A stretch of 64,000 nt of DNA from Candidatus Cloacimonadota bacterium (GTDB lineage: Bacteria; Cloacimonadota; Cloacimonadia; G963667145): assembly GCA_963667255.1 (NCBI GenBank), contig OY762940.1, forward strand, positions 416,001 through 480,000. Reading direction: 5' to 3'. Under the pieces are notes generated by a model. It saw only the letters and a program-made list of their open reading frames with translations. It ran no database searches and was not told the DNA's origin. Each line of letters starts with the position of its first letter. The stretch's first letter is position 1. Shown one piece after another: positions 49,288 through 60,144 of this stretch. Made by a program: the position numbers and the translations under genes.

Positions 49288-49548
49288 ATGAAAAAGAGCA
49301 TTTTAATCTTTGTAATTTTCATTTTCTGTACATCTCTATTTGCGAGAATACAGACTATAGGTTGGGATTCTGAAAATTTATATTATGTAACAGATTGCGC
49401 TAATAGATGGTTAGAAGATAATAAAGACATTAGAATTATTTCGGCAACCCATGCTAGTAGTATGAAAAGGAGCAATAGTCATGTTTTTAGTTTAGTTATA
49501 GTCTATGAAGAAGACGATGAAAAAGACAATACCAAAAATACTGATTAG
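49288..49548 (+). CDS. Small secreted hypothetical protein, low GC
   Basis: Signal peptide MKKSILIF...SLFA. Confidence 0.6.
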   Translation: MKKSILIFVIFIFCTSLFARIQTIGWDSENLYYVTDCANRWLEDNKDIRIISATHASSMKRSNSHVFSLVIVYEEDDEKDNTKNTD

Positions 49549-49572
49549 TTTTTATGGTTTAGGAAAATAATT

Positions 49573-50671
49573 ATGGAAATGCAGGAATTTGTCGAGAGAG
49601 CGAAAGAGCTGATAACCAAATCCAAACAGCTTGGGAGGTTGGTTTGACTCCGCTGAGTTGGAGCGGAATATAGCGGAACTGCGAGAGCAGACTTTAAACC
49701 CTGAATTTTGGAATCATCATGCGAATGCACAGAAAGTCAGCAAGCAATTGAGTGCGTTGGAGTCCAAACAGGAGGAAATTCGGAAGATTGCCACGATTGG
49801 CGAGGATTTGCAGGTTTATTTGCAGATGGTTCAAGAGGACAACTCATTTTTGACGGAGGCTGTCTCGGAGCTAAAGCAATGGGATAGTTTTTTGGAGAAA
49901 GTGGAGATAAACGCTCTTCTCTCGGGCGAGCTTGATGCGGGCGATGCGATATTGACGATAAACCCTGGAGCTGGCGGCACGGAGAGTCAGGACTGGGCGG
50001 AGATGCTCCTGAGGATGTATCTTCGTTGGGCGGAGAGAAGCGGATTTAAAGCCGAGATTGTGGAGCTTTTACCAGGAGAAGAAGCGGGGATAAAGAGCGT
50101 GACTGTGGAAGTGAAGGGCGAGTTTGCTTACGGATATTTAGCGTGTGAGATTGGCATTCATCGCTTGGTGCGGATTTCTCCTTTTAACGCTCAAGGCAAG
50201 CGGCAAACCTCTTTTGCCTCGATATTTGTCTATCCTCTCGTGGACGACAGCATAGAGGTGGAGATAGATGCAGGCGATTTGCGGATAGATACTTATCGAG
50301 CTTCCGGCAAAGGCGGACAATGTGTGAACACCACCGATTCTGCCGTGAGGATTACGCACTTGCCGACGGGGATAGTGGTGCAGTGCCAAAACGAGCGGAG
50401 TCAGCTAAAGAACAAAGAGCATGCGATGAAGATTTTGAAGTCGCGACTGTATCAGCATTTCTTACATGAAAAGCAAAAAGAGAGCAAAGAGCTGGAAGAC
50501 ACCAAGACGGAAATCGGCTGGGGCAACCAAATCCGCTCCTATGTTTTTCATCCGTATCAGATGGTGAAAGACCACCGCACCAAGCACGAAGTGAAGAACA
50601 CAGAAAAAATAATGGACGGAGATTTGGACGGGTTTATTGAGGAGTATCTGCGGTATAAGATGCAGAAGTAG
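49573..50671 (+). CDS. prfB: Peptide chain release factor 2 (programmed +1 frameshift at 49642-49648)
   Basis: 24-codon ORF0 ends GGG AGG TTG GTT TGA C; the +1 frame carries SPF and GGQ motifs. Confidence 0.93.
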
Positions 50672-50691
50672 AAGATTTTGGGTTGTTAACA

Positions 50692-50724
50692 AAAATAGGC
50701 AATCTATGAAAGATTGCCTATTTT
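50692..50724. terminator. Bidirectional intrinsic terminator
   Basis: AAAATAGGCAATCT-N5-AGATTGCCTATTTT perfect stem. Confidence 0.85.
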
Positions 50725-50737
50725 GCTATAATTAATT

Positions 50738-51238
50738 TTAATCTGTAATTGTAAGAATAATTGTGGTTGAAGAGCCCCCTGTAATACTAAAAACAAGATA
50801 ATAAGTTCCAGTAGAAAGGTTAGAAATAAGTGTAGGGTTATTAGTTTCCGAACAGCTTACAACACGAGAGGTAGTCATGGTAGGAAAGTAGGAATAAGCA
50901 GGAAGAAGAGGGATTGAAGGGGTAAAAGTTGCTATTGTGGTATTGCTTGAATTTTTTAGAAAAATATTAAAGGGAGGATTAGTAATATCCGTGGGAGAGA
51001 AACTATAAAGCTGAAAAGAGCATCCAATGTATTTGGAATTATAAGAACTTTTAGAGATAGTAGTAATGCCACTATTACTATAAGAACTAGCTAAATTATC
51101 GGTTAATAAAAGACAGCCAGATCTAGTAACACTGACATATTTATATGTATTATCATCATTGCTAGTAGAAGAGCCACAGCCATTCAAACTAAGCAAAAGC
51201 ACACACATCATAAAAATCAATTTTATGAAAGATTTCAT
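50738..51238 (-). CDS. Hypothetical Ser/Thr-rich lipoprotein, low GC
   Basis: Lipobox LNGC; SD GGAGG. Confidence 0.72.
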   Translation of the reverse strand: MKSFIKLIFMMCVLLLSLNGCGSSTSNDDNTYKYVSVTRSGCLLLTDNLASSYSNSGITTISKSSYNSKYIGCSFQLYSFSPTDITNPPFNIFLKNSSNTTIATFTPSIPLLPAYSYFPTMTTSRVVSCSETNNPTLISNLSTGTYYLVFSITGGSSTTIILTITD

Positions 51239-51244
51239 TCTTTC

Positions 51245-51310
51245 CTCCAGGAGTTTATTTACTCCAGGAGTTTATTTACTCCAGGAGTTTATTTACTCCA
51301 GGAGTTTATT
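51245..51310. repeat. 17-bp tandem repeat, about 3.9 copies (CTCCAGGAGTTTATTTA)
   Basis: Exact copies at 51245, 51262 and 51279, plus 15 of 17 nt at 51296. Confidence 0.95.
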
Positions 51311-51442
51311 GGAAGCAAGGTGTAAAAAAATAAAAAAAATGTCAAATAAAAAAGTTATAAAACCACATAAACCCATTAATTATTTGACAGATAAACACAT
51401 AGCAAAACTTTGCACTTAACGATAACAAATAAGGAGGCTGAC

Positions 51443-51712
51443 ATGGCACTTACTAATCAAGCCAAGGAAGCAATCGTGGCAGAGTTTAAACTCCACGACA
51501 GCGACACAGGTTCTCCAGAAGTTCAGGTCGCTTTGATGACTAACAACATCAAAAGCATTACTGCACATTTGGATACTCACAAAAAGGATCATCACTCTAG
51601 AAGAGGACTTCTCAAAATCGTAGGTAGAAGAAGAAAGCTTTTGGAATATTTGAAAGACAAAGATATAGAGCGTTACAGAGCTCTTATAGAAAAGTTAGGT
51701 TTGAGAAAGTAA
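51443..51712 (+). CDS. rpsO: 30S ribosomal protein S15
   Basis: [37 protein letters not shown]. Confidence 0.97.
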   Translation: MALTNQAKEAIVAEFKLHDSDTGSPEVQVALMTNNIKSITAHLDTHKKDHHSRRGLLKIVGRRRKLLEYLKDKDIERYRALIEKLGLRK

Positions 51713-51730
51713 AAGGGATTTTTCCCTTTT
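51711..51730 (+). terminator. rpsO terminator
   Basis: AAAAGGGA-TTTT-TCCCTTTT. Confidence 0.7.
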
Positions 51731-51794
51731 ACTTTTCTTTGATTTAAAATATTAGTGCTTCGGTTTATTTACCAACGGATACTATTTTACACTA

Positions 51795-51869
51795 AAGAGA
51801 TTGTTAGCAATAATCAAAATCCTTGTTCAAGAAGATTTGAGGATGTTTGGTTATTGCTTTTTTTCTCTT
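51795..51869 (+). promoter_or_regulatory. Long stem-loop in the pnp leader (candidate RNase III site)
   Basis: AAGAGA/TCTCTT, AGCAATAATCAAA/TTTGGTTATTGCT and ATCCT/AGGAT nested stems. Confidence 0.65.
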
Positions 51870-51940
51870 GGTTGGCAGAGTTCAACAGCTTGTTTGATAT
51901 TCGACTGGGTATAGACCGACAGGAAAATTAAGGAGAAAAG

Positions 51941-54148
51941 ATGCACATTATTAGAAAATCGATTGAATTGTCAGGCAAGACCTTGACATTGGAAACCGGT
52001 CGGATGGCGAAACAGGCTAACGGCTCGGTTTTGTTGACTTATGGCGAGACCATAATGTTGGCTACAGCTACGGGAGAAAAATTAGCGAAAGAGGGACAAG
52101 ATTTTTTCCCTCTTACTGTGGACTTCATCCCCAAGATGTATGCTTCGGGCAAGATACCGGGAGGATTTTTCAAAAGAGAAGCTAGACCTCCGATAAGTTC
52201 CATCTTGATGGCGAGGGAGATAGACAGAGGCTTGAGACCTCTATTCCCCGACGGTTTCAAAAACGCCGTGCATGTTGTGATTACCGTGCTTAGTTATGAC
52301 GAAGATTGCGACCTCGGTTCGCTTGGTTCATTGGCTGCCAGTGCAGCGTTGACTATTTCGGATATTCCGTTTTCGGGACCTTTGGCAGGAGCTTTTGTTG
52401 CCAAAAAAGACGGCGAGCTTGTCGTCTTCCCGAATAAAGAGCAAAAGGAAGATGCCCAGTTGGAGCTGTCTGTAGCAGGGACTTATGAGAATGTGAACAT
52501 GGTGGAATCGGGTGCTTGGGAGCTGTCTGAGGAAGAGATTTTGGACGCTATTTATATGGCTCATGACAAGATTAAAGAGCTTGTGGATTTCCAAAAAGAT
52601 TTTGCCAAAGATTGTTCCAAGGAGAAATTTCCGTTTGAGGTTAAGGAGATTTGCGAAGAGGCTTTGAGCTTCGTTAAGGACAATTTCTACGCAAAAATCC
52701 AAGAGGCGAATAAGATTACCGAGAAGTTGCCGAAATATGCGGCTCTTGATGATTTGAGGGTTGAGCTTGCTGAACTGATGGCGGAGAAACTTTCTGAAGA
52801 GGAGATTGCCGAGAAAGGTAGCGACTACAAAGAGGCTTTTGAGAAATATCTGAAAGAGGTAGTCAGGGACTTGATTTTGAGTGGTTGCCGTCCTGATGGT
52901 CGCGACTTGGACGAAATCAGACTGATTACGGTGGAGAAAGATATTTTGCCTCGTGCACACGGCTCTGCCCTTTTCACCAGAGGAGAGACCCAGTCTTTGG
53001 GCGTGATTACCTTGGGAAGTCCGAGAGACGAGCAAATGATAGACGATTTGGAAGAGAAGCATTTCAAAAACTTTTTCTTGCACTACAATTTTCCTCCCTA
53101 TTGTGTAGGAGAGGCTGGATTTATGCGTGCTACGGGCAGAAGAGAGCTTGGTCACGGACATTTGGCAGAGAGGTCGCTCTACGCTGTGATGCCTAATAGC
53201 GACGAGTTCCCATACACTATCAGAGCGGTTTCGGAGATTATGGAATCCAACGGTTCCAGCTCTATGGCGAGTGTGTGTAGCTGTTCTGTTGCGATGATGG
53301 CTGCTGGCGTTCCCATTGCTCGACCTGTGGCGGGTATCGCTAACGGTCTTGTGATGGATGGCGACAATTTCGTGGTTCTCACAGACATACAAGGAATGGA
53401 AGACCATCTTGGCGATATGGATTTCAAGGTTACTGGAACGGAAAAGGGAATCACAGCAATCCAAATGGATATCAAGATTAAGGGTATCACCAGAGAGATT
53501 ATGGAGATAGCTTTGGGTAAAGCCAAGATAGCCAGAGAGTTTATTTTGGGCAAAATTACCGATTGCATTTCCGAGCCGTCCAAAGAGCTTAGCAAATACG
53601 CTCCGAAAATCGAGAGCATTATGATTGATAAAGACAAAATCAGCCAAGTGATAGGCTCAGGTGGCAAGGTAATCAAAGAGATTATCGAGGTTACTGGTGC
53701 GGACATCAACATTGACGATGACGGGAGAGTGTCTATCGCTTCTCCTGATGCTGAGGCTTTGCAAAAAGCTATGAGCATCGTGCGAAATATCGTGGAAGAC
53801 CCTATCAATGGCGAGGTTTATGAGGGCGAAGTTACCAGAGTCGAGGCTTATGGGGCTTTTGTGAAGTTCATGTATAACAAGCAAGGTATGGTGCATGTCT
53901 CCAAGATGGACAAAGAGCGAGTTAGCGACCCTGCTGATTTGGTGGCTATTGGCGACAAGGTGAAAGTTCGTTTTGTCGGTTTCAAGGAAGGCAAACTCAG
54001 TCTTGCTATGGACGGTATCGAGGGCAATCCTACGCTCAAGAGCAAGGGCATCAAGCCTGCGGAAAAGCCTAAATTTAACAGCTCTGATAGAGACAGAGAC
54101 AAAGACGATAGGCGACCAAAGAGACGATTTGAAAAGAAAGATAGATAA
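51941..54148 (+). CDS. pnp: Polyribonucleotide nucleotidyltransferase
   Basis: FFPLTVD, GGFFKRE, RRELGHG, SNGSSSMAS, DHLGDMDFK, KH and S1 domains. Confidence 0.97.
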   Translation: MHIIRKSIELSGKTLTLETGRMAKQANGSVLLTYGETIMLATATGEKLAKEGQDFFPLTVDFIPKMYASGKIPGGFFKREARPPISSILMAREIDRGLRPLFPDGFKNAVHVVITVLSYDEDCDLGSLGSLAASAALTISDIPFSGPLAGAFVAKKDGELVVFPNKEQKEDAQLELSVAGTYENVNMVESGAWELSEEEILDAIYMAHDKIKELVDFQKDFAKDCSKEKFPFEVKEICEEALSFVKDNFYAKIQEANKITEKLPKYAALDDLRVELAELMAEKLSEEEIAEKGSDYKEAFEKYLKEVVRDLILSGCRPDGRDLDEIRLITVEKDILPRAHGSALFTRGETQSLGVITLGSPRDEQMIDDLEEKHFKNFFLHYNFPPYCVGEAGFMRATGRRELGHGHLAERSLYAVMPNSDEFPYTIRAVSEIMESNGSSSMASVCSCSVAMMAAGVPIARPVAGIANGLVMDGDNFVVLTDIQGMEDHLGDMDFKVTGTEKGITAIQMDIKIKGITREIMEIALGKAKIAREFILGKITDCISEPSKELSKYAPKIESIMIDKDKISQVIGSGGKVIKEIIEVTGADINIDDDGRVSIASPDAEALQKAMSIVRNIVEDPINGEVYEGEVTRVEAYGAFVKFMYNKQGMVHVSKMDKERVSDPADLVAIGDKVKVRFVGFKEGKLSLAMDGIEGNPTLKSKGIKPAEKPKFNSSDRDRDKDDRRPKRRFEKKDR

Positions 54149-54152
54149 TAAT

Positions 54153-54186
54153 AAAAGGGCAGGAGATTTTCCTGCCCTTATTTTTT
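54153..54186. terminator. Bidirectional terminator between pnp and clpB
   Basis: AAGGGCAGGA/TCCTGCCCTT. Confidence 0.8.
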
Positions 54187-54188
54187 GC

Positions 54189-56729
54189 TTATCTCACAAA
54201 AAACTGCTTATCAAAATCGACTTGCACTTTTTCTTGTAACTCGCCTTTGAGAAATTTTTGGGCAAGCATGTTTTCCAAGTTCTCCTGAATGGCTCGTTTT
54301 ATCGGTCTTGCTCCGAAGTGTGGGTCAAAGCCGATTTCCGCTAATTCTTCCAAAGCTCTGTCCGTAAGAGTAAGCTCGAACCCTTTATCTTTCAAGCGAT
54401 TTTGCAAGGTTTTGATTTCCAAGAGCACAATCTGTTTAATGTTCTCTTTGTTCAATTTGTGGAAAAGAACCGTCTGCGTAATTCTGTTGATAAATTCCGG
54501 TCGGAAGTGCAATTTCACCTCTTCCAAAATTTTATCTTTCACATCGTCGCTGTTCTCGGCATCTACCAAAAGCGGAGCACCGATATTGCTGGTCAGCACT
54601 ATCACAGTGTTGCGGAAATTCACGGTTCGTCCTTTGCCGTCCGTGAGTCGTCCCTCGTCCAAAATCTGCAAGAACAGATTGAAAACATCGGGATGAGCCT
54701 TTTCGATTTCGTCGAAGAGCAAAACGCAATAAGGGTGCCGTCTGACTTGCTCCGTCAGCTTTCCTCCCTCTTCGTAACCCACATACCCTGGAGGTGCACC
54801 TATCAGTCTAGAGACGGAGTGCTTCTCCATAAATTCGCTCATATCAAAGCGGAACATAGCTTTTGTGTCGTTGAAAAGAAGCTTCGCCAATTGTTGAGCG
54901 AGAAATGTTTTGCCTACTCCGGTTGGTCCCAAAAACAGGAACGAACCGATTGGGGCGTTCTCGTCCGAAAATCCGCTCCTCGCTCTACGAATTGCGTTGG
55001 AAACGGCGACAATTCCCTCTTTTTGCCCGACAACACTTTCCGAGAGAATCTCCTCCATATTGGTCAGCTTATCGGCTTCGTTTTTTAGCAGTCTGTCCAG
55101 CGGAATATTCGCCCATTTGGAGATGACGGCAGCAATGGTGGTAGCGTCCACGATTTTGCTAATCAGTTGAGAATCTTCGGGATTTTTCTTCAAGCTCTCT
55201 TCGGCCTTCTTCAACTCCTTTTCCAGCTCGATAATCGTTCCATACTTCAGTCTGGATGCGGTCTCCAAATCGCCATTCCTCTGGGCAATCTCCATCTCCG
55301 ATTTCGCCTTGTCAATTTTGTCGTTCAGTTGGCTGATGTTGTTCAGGTTGTCCTTTTCTTGTTGCCATTTGCTCATCAAAGCGGAGTATTTTTCCTTCAA
55401 ATCGGCAATCTCTTTTTTCGCTTTCTCCTTCTTTTCATCAGATTCGTCTTTAAAAGAGAGCTCCTCGATTTCCAATTGTTGCAGTTTCCGTTTCATATCG
55501 TCGAGCTCCTGAGGCATCGAGTCGATTTGCATACGCACAGAGGCACAGGCTTCGTCCATCAAGTCGATGGCTTTGTCTGGCAAAAATCTGTCGCTGATGT
55601 AGCGAGCAGACAGTTTCCCAGCGGCAATCAAGGCATCGTCTGTGATTTGCAGTCCGTGATGCAACTGATATTTTTCCTTAATACCTCGCAAGATGGAGAT
55701 GGTGTCGGCGACACTCGGTTCGGGTATCATCACCGGCTGAAATCTCCGCTCAAGAGCAGCATCTTTCTCGATGTATTTTTTGTATTCGCCGAGCGTGGTC
55801 GCTCCTATACAACGCAACTCTCCGCGAGCCAATGCGGGCTTGAGCATATTCGATGCGTCGCTCTGACCCTCGGAAGCACCCGCTCCCACGATGGTATGCA
55901 GTTCGTCGATGAAGAGAATAATCTCGCCGTTGGAGTTTTCCACCTCTTTCAGCACAGCTTTCAGCCTCTCTTCAAACTCTCCGCGATATTTCGCTCCAGC
56001 CAAGAGTAAAGCCAAATCGAGCTCCAAAACAGTCTTGTTTTTCAGATTTTCGGGCACATCTCTATCGACAATTCTTTTCGCCAAACCTTCCACAATAGCG
56101 GTTTTGCCGACACCCGGTTCGCCTATCAAGACGGGATTATTCTTGCGACGACGGGACAAGATTTGGATTGTTCGCCTGATTTCGTTGTCTCTCCCGATGA
56201 CAGGGTCTAATTTCTCTTTTCGAGCCAAATCGGTCAGATTGCGAGTATATTTCTCCAAAACTTGATACTTCGCCTCGGGATTTTCGCTGTCCACTTTTTG
56301 GTTGCCCCTGATGTCTTGGATAGCTTTCAGCAAATCCTTATCGCTTGGTTTGCCAAGCAGTTCCTTGATTTCCGCACTCCCTTTCACAAAAGCCAATAGG
56401 ATATGCTCCAAACTCACGAAATCGTCTTGAAATTGTCCTGCGATTTTGTCCGCTTGCAAGAGCAGTTTGTTCAAATCTGCGCTGAGGTAGGCGGGAGAGC
56501 CACCTTCGACTTTCGGCAAGTTTGCCAGCTTTTCTTTAATCTTCTCTTCTACCAAACTCGGATTTATTCCTATCTTTTTTAGCAAAGTCGGCACAAGCGA
56601 GTCCTCCACCAAGAGAGAGCCCAACATCATATGCAAAGGCTTAATCTCTTGATGTCCGTATTCCGTCGCCAAAACAGCGGCTTTTTCTATGCTTTCTTTC
56701 GATTTTACAGTATATTTATTAAAATTCAT
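54189..56729 (-). CDS. clpB: ATP-dependent chaperone ClpB
   Basis: Two AAA+ modules ([16 protein letters not shown]), long M-domain, [16 protein letters not shown]. Confidence 0.96.
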   Translation of the reverse strand: MNFNKYTVKSKESIEKAAVLATEYGHQEIKPLHMMLGSLLVEDSLVPTLLKKIGINPSLVEEKIKEKLANLPKVEGGSPAYLSADLNKLLLQADKIAGQFQDDFVSLEHILLAFVKGSAEIKELLGKPSDKDLLKAIQDIRGNQKVDSENPEAKYQVLEKYTRNLTDLARKEKLDPVIGRDNEIRRTIQILSRRRKNNPVLIGEPGVGKTAIVEGLAKRIVDRDVPENLKNKTVLELDLALLLAGAKYRGEFEERLKAVLKEVENSNGEIILFIDELHTIVGAGASEGQSDASNMLKPALARGELRCIGATTLGEYKKYIEKDAALERRFQPVMIPEPSVADTISILRGIKEKYQLHHGLQITDDALIAAGKLSARYISDRFLPDKAIDLMDEACASVRMQIDSMPQELDDMKRKLQQLEIEELSFKDESDEKKEKAKKEIADLKEKYSALMSKWQQEKDNLNNISQLNDKIDKAKSEMEIAQRNGDLETASRLKYGTIIELEKELKKAEESLKKNPEDSQLISKIVDATTIAAVISKWANIPLDRLLKNEADKLTNMEEILSESVVGQKEGIVAVSNAIRRARSGFSDENAPIGSFLFLGPTGVGKTFLAQQLAKLLFNDTKAMFRFDMSEFMEKHSVSRLIGAPPGYVGYEEGGKLTEQVRRHPYCVLLFDEIEKAHPDVFNLFLQILDEGRLTDGKGRTVNFRNTVIVLTSNIGAPLLVDAENSDDVKDKILEEVKLHFRPEFINRITQTVLFHKLNKENIKQIVLLEIKTLQNRLKDKGFELTLTDRALEELAEIGFDPHFGARPIKRAIQENLENMLAQKFLKGELQEKVQVDFDKQFFVR

Positions 56730-56760
56730 TTTTCCTCCTAAAAAGGCTAACTGCAAAAAA

Positions 56761-56787
56761 TTAGCACTCTTGGGGAGAGATTGCCAA
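56761..56787. promoter_or_regulatory. CIRCE (HrcA) operator upstream of clpB
   Basis: TTAGCACTC-N9-GATTGCCAA. Confidence 0.85.
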
Positions 56788-56953
56788 CAAGTGCTTTTTT
56801 GTCAATCTTTCGTTGGAAAATTTTTGCTATGACAGAGATGAGAAAAGCGTGCATAGGGGAAAAGTAACATCAAAAATACTTGACTGATTAGAAGTGCAAC
56901 AAACTTTTAGAAAGTAAATTAAAGGAAAAGTTTAAATTTTGAGAGGTAGCAAA

Positions 56954-57811
56954 ATGAATGAGATTTTGAAAAAAGAGGTGTTCTCGGAGAATGTAGTGAA
57001 GTTGGTCGTGAAGAACAAATACATCGCCAAGAATGCGAAAGCCGGAAATTTTGTAATTGTGAAGATAGGGGAAGAGGGCGAGAGGATTCCGCTGACTATT
57101 TGCCAAGCGGATGCCAAGGAAGAGACGATAAGCCTTGTTATCCAAAAAGTGGGTGTTTCTTCGGATAAGCTGTGCAATATGAACGAGAACGATACTATCA
57201 CTGACATTGTTGGACCTCTCGGGAATCCGACTCATATCAAGAAATACGGAACTGTCCTCGCCGCAGGTGGTGGAGTGGGCGTTGCTCCGCTTTTGCCGAT
57301 AATCAAGTCGCTGAAAGAAGCCGGAAACAGAGTGATTTCTGTGATAGCTGCCAAGAGCAAGGATTTAATCATTCTGGAGGACGAGGTCAGAGAGTGTTCC
57401 GACGAAGTGATAATAATGACGGACGACGGCAGTTACGGAGAGAAAGGCTTGGTAACTGTGGGTATGGAGAAAGCTATTCAGAAAGAGAAGATAGATTTTT
57501 CTGTGATAATAGGTCCTGCCATCATGATGAAGTTCGCTGCTCTCGTTACCAAGAAATACGAAATCCCGAGTATCGCCAGTCTCAACACAATAATGGTGGA
57601 CGGCACGGGGATGTGCGGAGCGTGCAGAGTGACTATCGGCGGGCAGACGAAGTTTGTGTGCGTTGACGGTCCGGAGTTTGATGCTCATCAGGTGGATTTT
57701 GAGGAGATGCTGATGCGACTCAACTCTTTTAAAGAGGAAGAAGCAGAAGCCAGAGAAGAGCATATGTGTAAGGCTGAAGCGAAGTTTAACAAAGAGCATA
57801 AAAGAGATTAG
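56954..57811 (+). CDS. nfnA: NADH-dependent ferredoxin:NADP+ oxidoreductase small subunit
   Basis: ERIPLTI, GPLGNP, GGGVG, TDDGS, DGTGMCGACR, CVDGPEF. Confidence 0.88.
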   Translation: MNEILKKEVFSENVVKLVVKNKYIAKNAKAGNFVIVKIGEEGERIPLTICQADAKEETISLVIQKVGVSSDKLCNMNENDTITDIVGPLGNPTHIKKYGTVLAAGGGVGVAPLLPIIKSLKEAGNRVISVIAAKSKDLIILEDEVRECSDEVIIMTDDGSYGEKGLVTVGMEKAIQKEKIDFSVIIGPAIMMKFAALVTKKYEIPSIASLNTIMVDGTGMCGACRVTIGGQTKFVCVDGPEFDAHQVDFEEMLMRLNSFKEEEAEAREEHMCKAEAKFNKEHKRD

Positions 57812-57820
57812 GGAAGAACA

Positions 57821-59224
57821 ATGGAAAATAAAGATAGATTGAAAATAGAAAAAGTGAAAATGCCTGAGGCTGACCCTGAGGTAAGGTCGCACTCCAGCAT
57901 CGAGGTAAATTCCGGAATTTCCAAAGAGCAAGCCGTGATGGAGGCTCACAGATGCTTGAATTGCAAAAATCCGACTTGTATGGAAGGTTGCCCCGTGAGC
58001 GTGAACATTCCGAAGTTTATCAAGGAGATTGAGGAAGAGAAGTTTGAAGATGCGATTACGACTATCAAGCAAACCAACTTGTTGCCGGCTATCTGTGGTC
58101 GGGTTTGTCCGCAAGAGAAACAATGCGAGGCAAGCTGTATTTATACGCTAAAAATGGGTAAGCCGTCCGTGGCGATTGGCTACCTTGAGAGATTTGCAGC
58201 TGACTACGAGAGAGAGCAACTTAAACTAAAAAAAGCGAAACCTGCCAAGTCTAATGGGATAAAAGTGGCTGTCATCGGCTCTGGTCCTGCGGGACTGACC
58301 TTTGCCGGAGAGATGGCGACCAAAGGTTGTCAGGTAACGGTTTTTGAGGCGTTGCACAAACTGGGTGGAGTGCTGAGATACGGCATTCCTGAGTTTAGGC
58401 TTCCTAAGGAGATAGTGGATTACGAAATAAACTCTCTGAAAGATTTGGGAGTTGAGTTTAGAGCGAATTTTATCGTGGGTAAAACGATAAGTTTCGAGCA
58501 ATTGAAAGACGAAGGCTACAAGGCGTTTTTCGTTGGTTCGGGTGCAGGTTTGCCGAACTTTATGAATATCAAAGGCGAAAACTCAATCGGCGTGATGTCT
58601 TCCAACGAATATTTGACTCGTGTGAATCTGATGAATGCCGGTAAAAAAGAGTTCGACACACCTATTTACAAGGGCAAATTTGTGGCTGTGATAGGTGGTG
58701 GAAATACCGCTATGGATTCCGTGAGAACTGCCAAGAGATTGGGTGCTGAGCGAGCTATGATTATCTATCGTCGGTCTTTTGACGAGATGCCGGCACGACT
58801 GGAGGAGATTAAGCACGCCAAGGAAGAGGGCATAGAGTTTATGAACCTGAACAATCCTGTGGAATACATCGCTGATGAGAAGGGCAGAGTGAAGAAAATG
58901 ATTTTGCAAAAAATGGAGCTTAGCGAGCCTGACGAATCTGGCAGAAAGCGACCTGTGCCTATCAAAGGTTCTGAATACGAAGTCGATGTTGACCTTGTGG
59001 TAGTGAGCGTGGGCGTGTCTCCAAATCCACTAGTGCCAAACGAAGTGAAAGAGCTGAAAACCAGTAAGTGGGGGACGATAATCACCGATGACAATTTGCA
59101 AACCAATGTGGAGGAAATCTACGCAGGTGGTGACATCGTGCGAGGCGGAGCGACAGTTATCTTGGCTATGGGCGACGGCAGAAAAGCCGCTAACGAGATG
59201 TATAAGAAACTGACGGAAAAGTAA
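57821..59224 (+). CDS. nfnB: NfnB / GltD-like large subunit
   Basis: RCLNC..CMEGCP, CGRVCPQEKQCE, GSGPAGL, GGGNTAMD, AGGDIVRG; paired with nfnA. Confidence 0.88.
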   Translation: MENKDRLKIEKVKMPEADPEVRSHSSIEVNSGISKEQAVMEAHRCLNCKNPTCMEGCPVSVNIPKFIKEIEEEKFEDAITTIKQTNLLPAICGRVCPQEKQCEASCIYTLKMGKPSVAIGYLERFAADYEREQLKLKKAKPAKSNGIKVAVIGSGPAGLTFAGEMATKGCQVTVFEALHKLGGVLRYGIPEFRLPKEIVDYEINSLKDLGVEFRANFIVGKTISFEQLKDEGYKAFFVGSGAGLPNFMNIKGENSIGVMSSNEYLTRVNLMNAGKKEFDTPIYKGKFVAVIGGGNTAMDSVRTAKRLGAERAMIIYRRSFDEMPARLEEIKHAKEEGIEFMNLNNPVEYIADEKGRVKKMILQKMELSEPDESGRKRPVPIKGSEYEVDVDLVVVSVGVSPNPLVPNEVKELKTSKWGTIITDDNLQTNVEEIYAGGDIVRGGATVILAMGDGRKAANEMYKKLTEK

Positions 59225-59248
59225 TTAAAATAGATTTTATAGACAATG

Positions 59249-59281
59249 ACCCTCTGTCTTTTAGCAAGATGGAGGGTTTTT
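59249..59281. terminator. Intrinsic terminator of nfnB
   Basis: ACCCTCTGTCTT/AAGATGGAGGGT followed by a T-run. Confidence 0.75.
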
Positions 59282-59969
59282 AATTTTGTTCTATTGAATC
59301 GATATCTTTTTGCAAAATATTAACCCAATCCAACATCTGTTGAACGGTCAAATCACCGTTATGCACACGCCTGAAGATAAACCAGTCTATTCTGCGAAAG
59401 TCGAAAATCCTCTGTTCCTTAGGTCCTACATCTTCCCATTGAATACGGTCTTTATTAAACAGCATAAGTTCAGCATCATAATCAAATTCTAATAAACAAT
59501 TTTTTGCGTATGCTAACATCTGTTTGAAAGTCTTTTTTTTCCATTCAGGCAGTTTTTTAAATGCATCAAGATAAAACGGCTTTACCCATTTATACAGTGC
59601 TTGTTGTTGAGATGGAGACTTATAGAAGTTTTTGATTATTCTATTATAAGAGGTTGGGTTCTCAAGAAGCTCTCCGAACTTAGAAAAATCAGCAAGATCA
59701 TCTTTATAATAACAATCCCAAAAACATCCAAGCATGGCAACTACAAGATGTTTTGTTGCGAAGGAGCTTGTGTCATTGAGAAATGAATCTTGACTAGCGA
59801 AAATAGTATAATGGCTTTTGACAATCCTTTGCCAAGTAAGCTCTGACAATGAGGGGTCAATTGTTGGCAACTCTTTCGGAGCAGTTCCCAATTGCAAAGC
59901 TGTCTCCTGTGCAAATGCAAGTGTGGTCATAGTAAGCAGCATAGTTAAAATAAAAATCTGTCTTTTCAT
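59280..59969 (-). CDS. Secreted hypothetical protein, lower GC
   Basis: Signal peptide MKRQIFIL...AFA; no family recognised. Confidence 0.7.
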   Translation of the reverse strand: MKRQIFILTMLLTMTTLAFAQETALQLGTAPKELPTIDPSLSELTWQRIVKSHYTIFASQDSFLNDTSSFATKHLVVAMLGCFWDCYYKDDLADFSKFGELLENPTSYNRIIKNFYKSPSQQQALYKWVKPFYLDAFKKLPEWKKKTFKQMLAYAKNCLLEFDYDAELMLFNKDRIQWEDVGPKEQRIFDFRRIDWFIFRRVHNGDLTVQQMLDWVNILQKDIDSIEQN

Positions 59970-60144
59970 ATTAAAACCTCTACATCCGAAAGCAATATAA
60001 CTTATTTTTGTTTATCTTAAACCTAATTAGAACATAGAAATGACACAATCTTAATATAGTCAAATTATTTTTTTGTATATAAAAGGTATAGGATGCATAT
60101 CTCAATTTTTACATCCTTTGTGTTTAAAAAAAACAGCCATTTCG

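Noticed and set aside
49631..50671. RF2 starting at TTG 49631, or prfB as a pseudogene
   Set aside because: The upstream ORF0, internal SD and TGA-C context fit a programmed frameshift
51245..51310. Possible CRISPR array
   Set aside because: Units are contiguous with no spacers, only 17 bp long, and no cas genes are present
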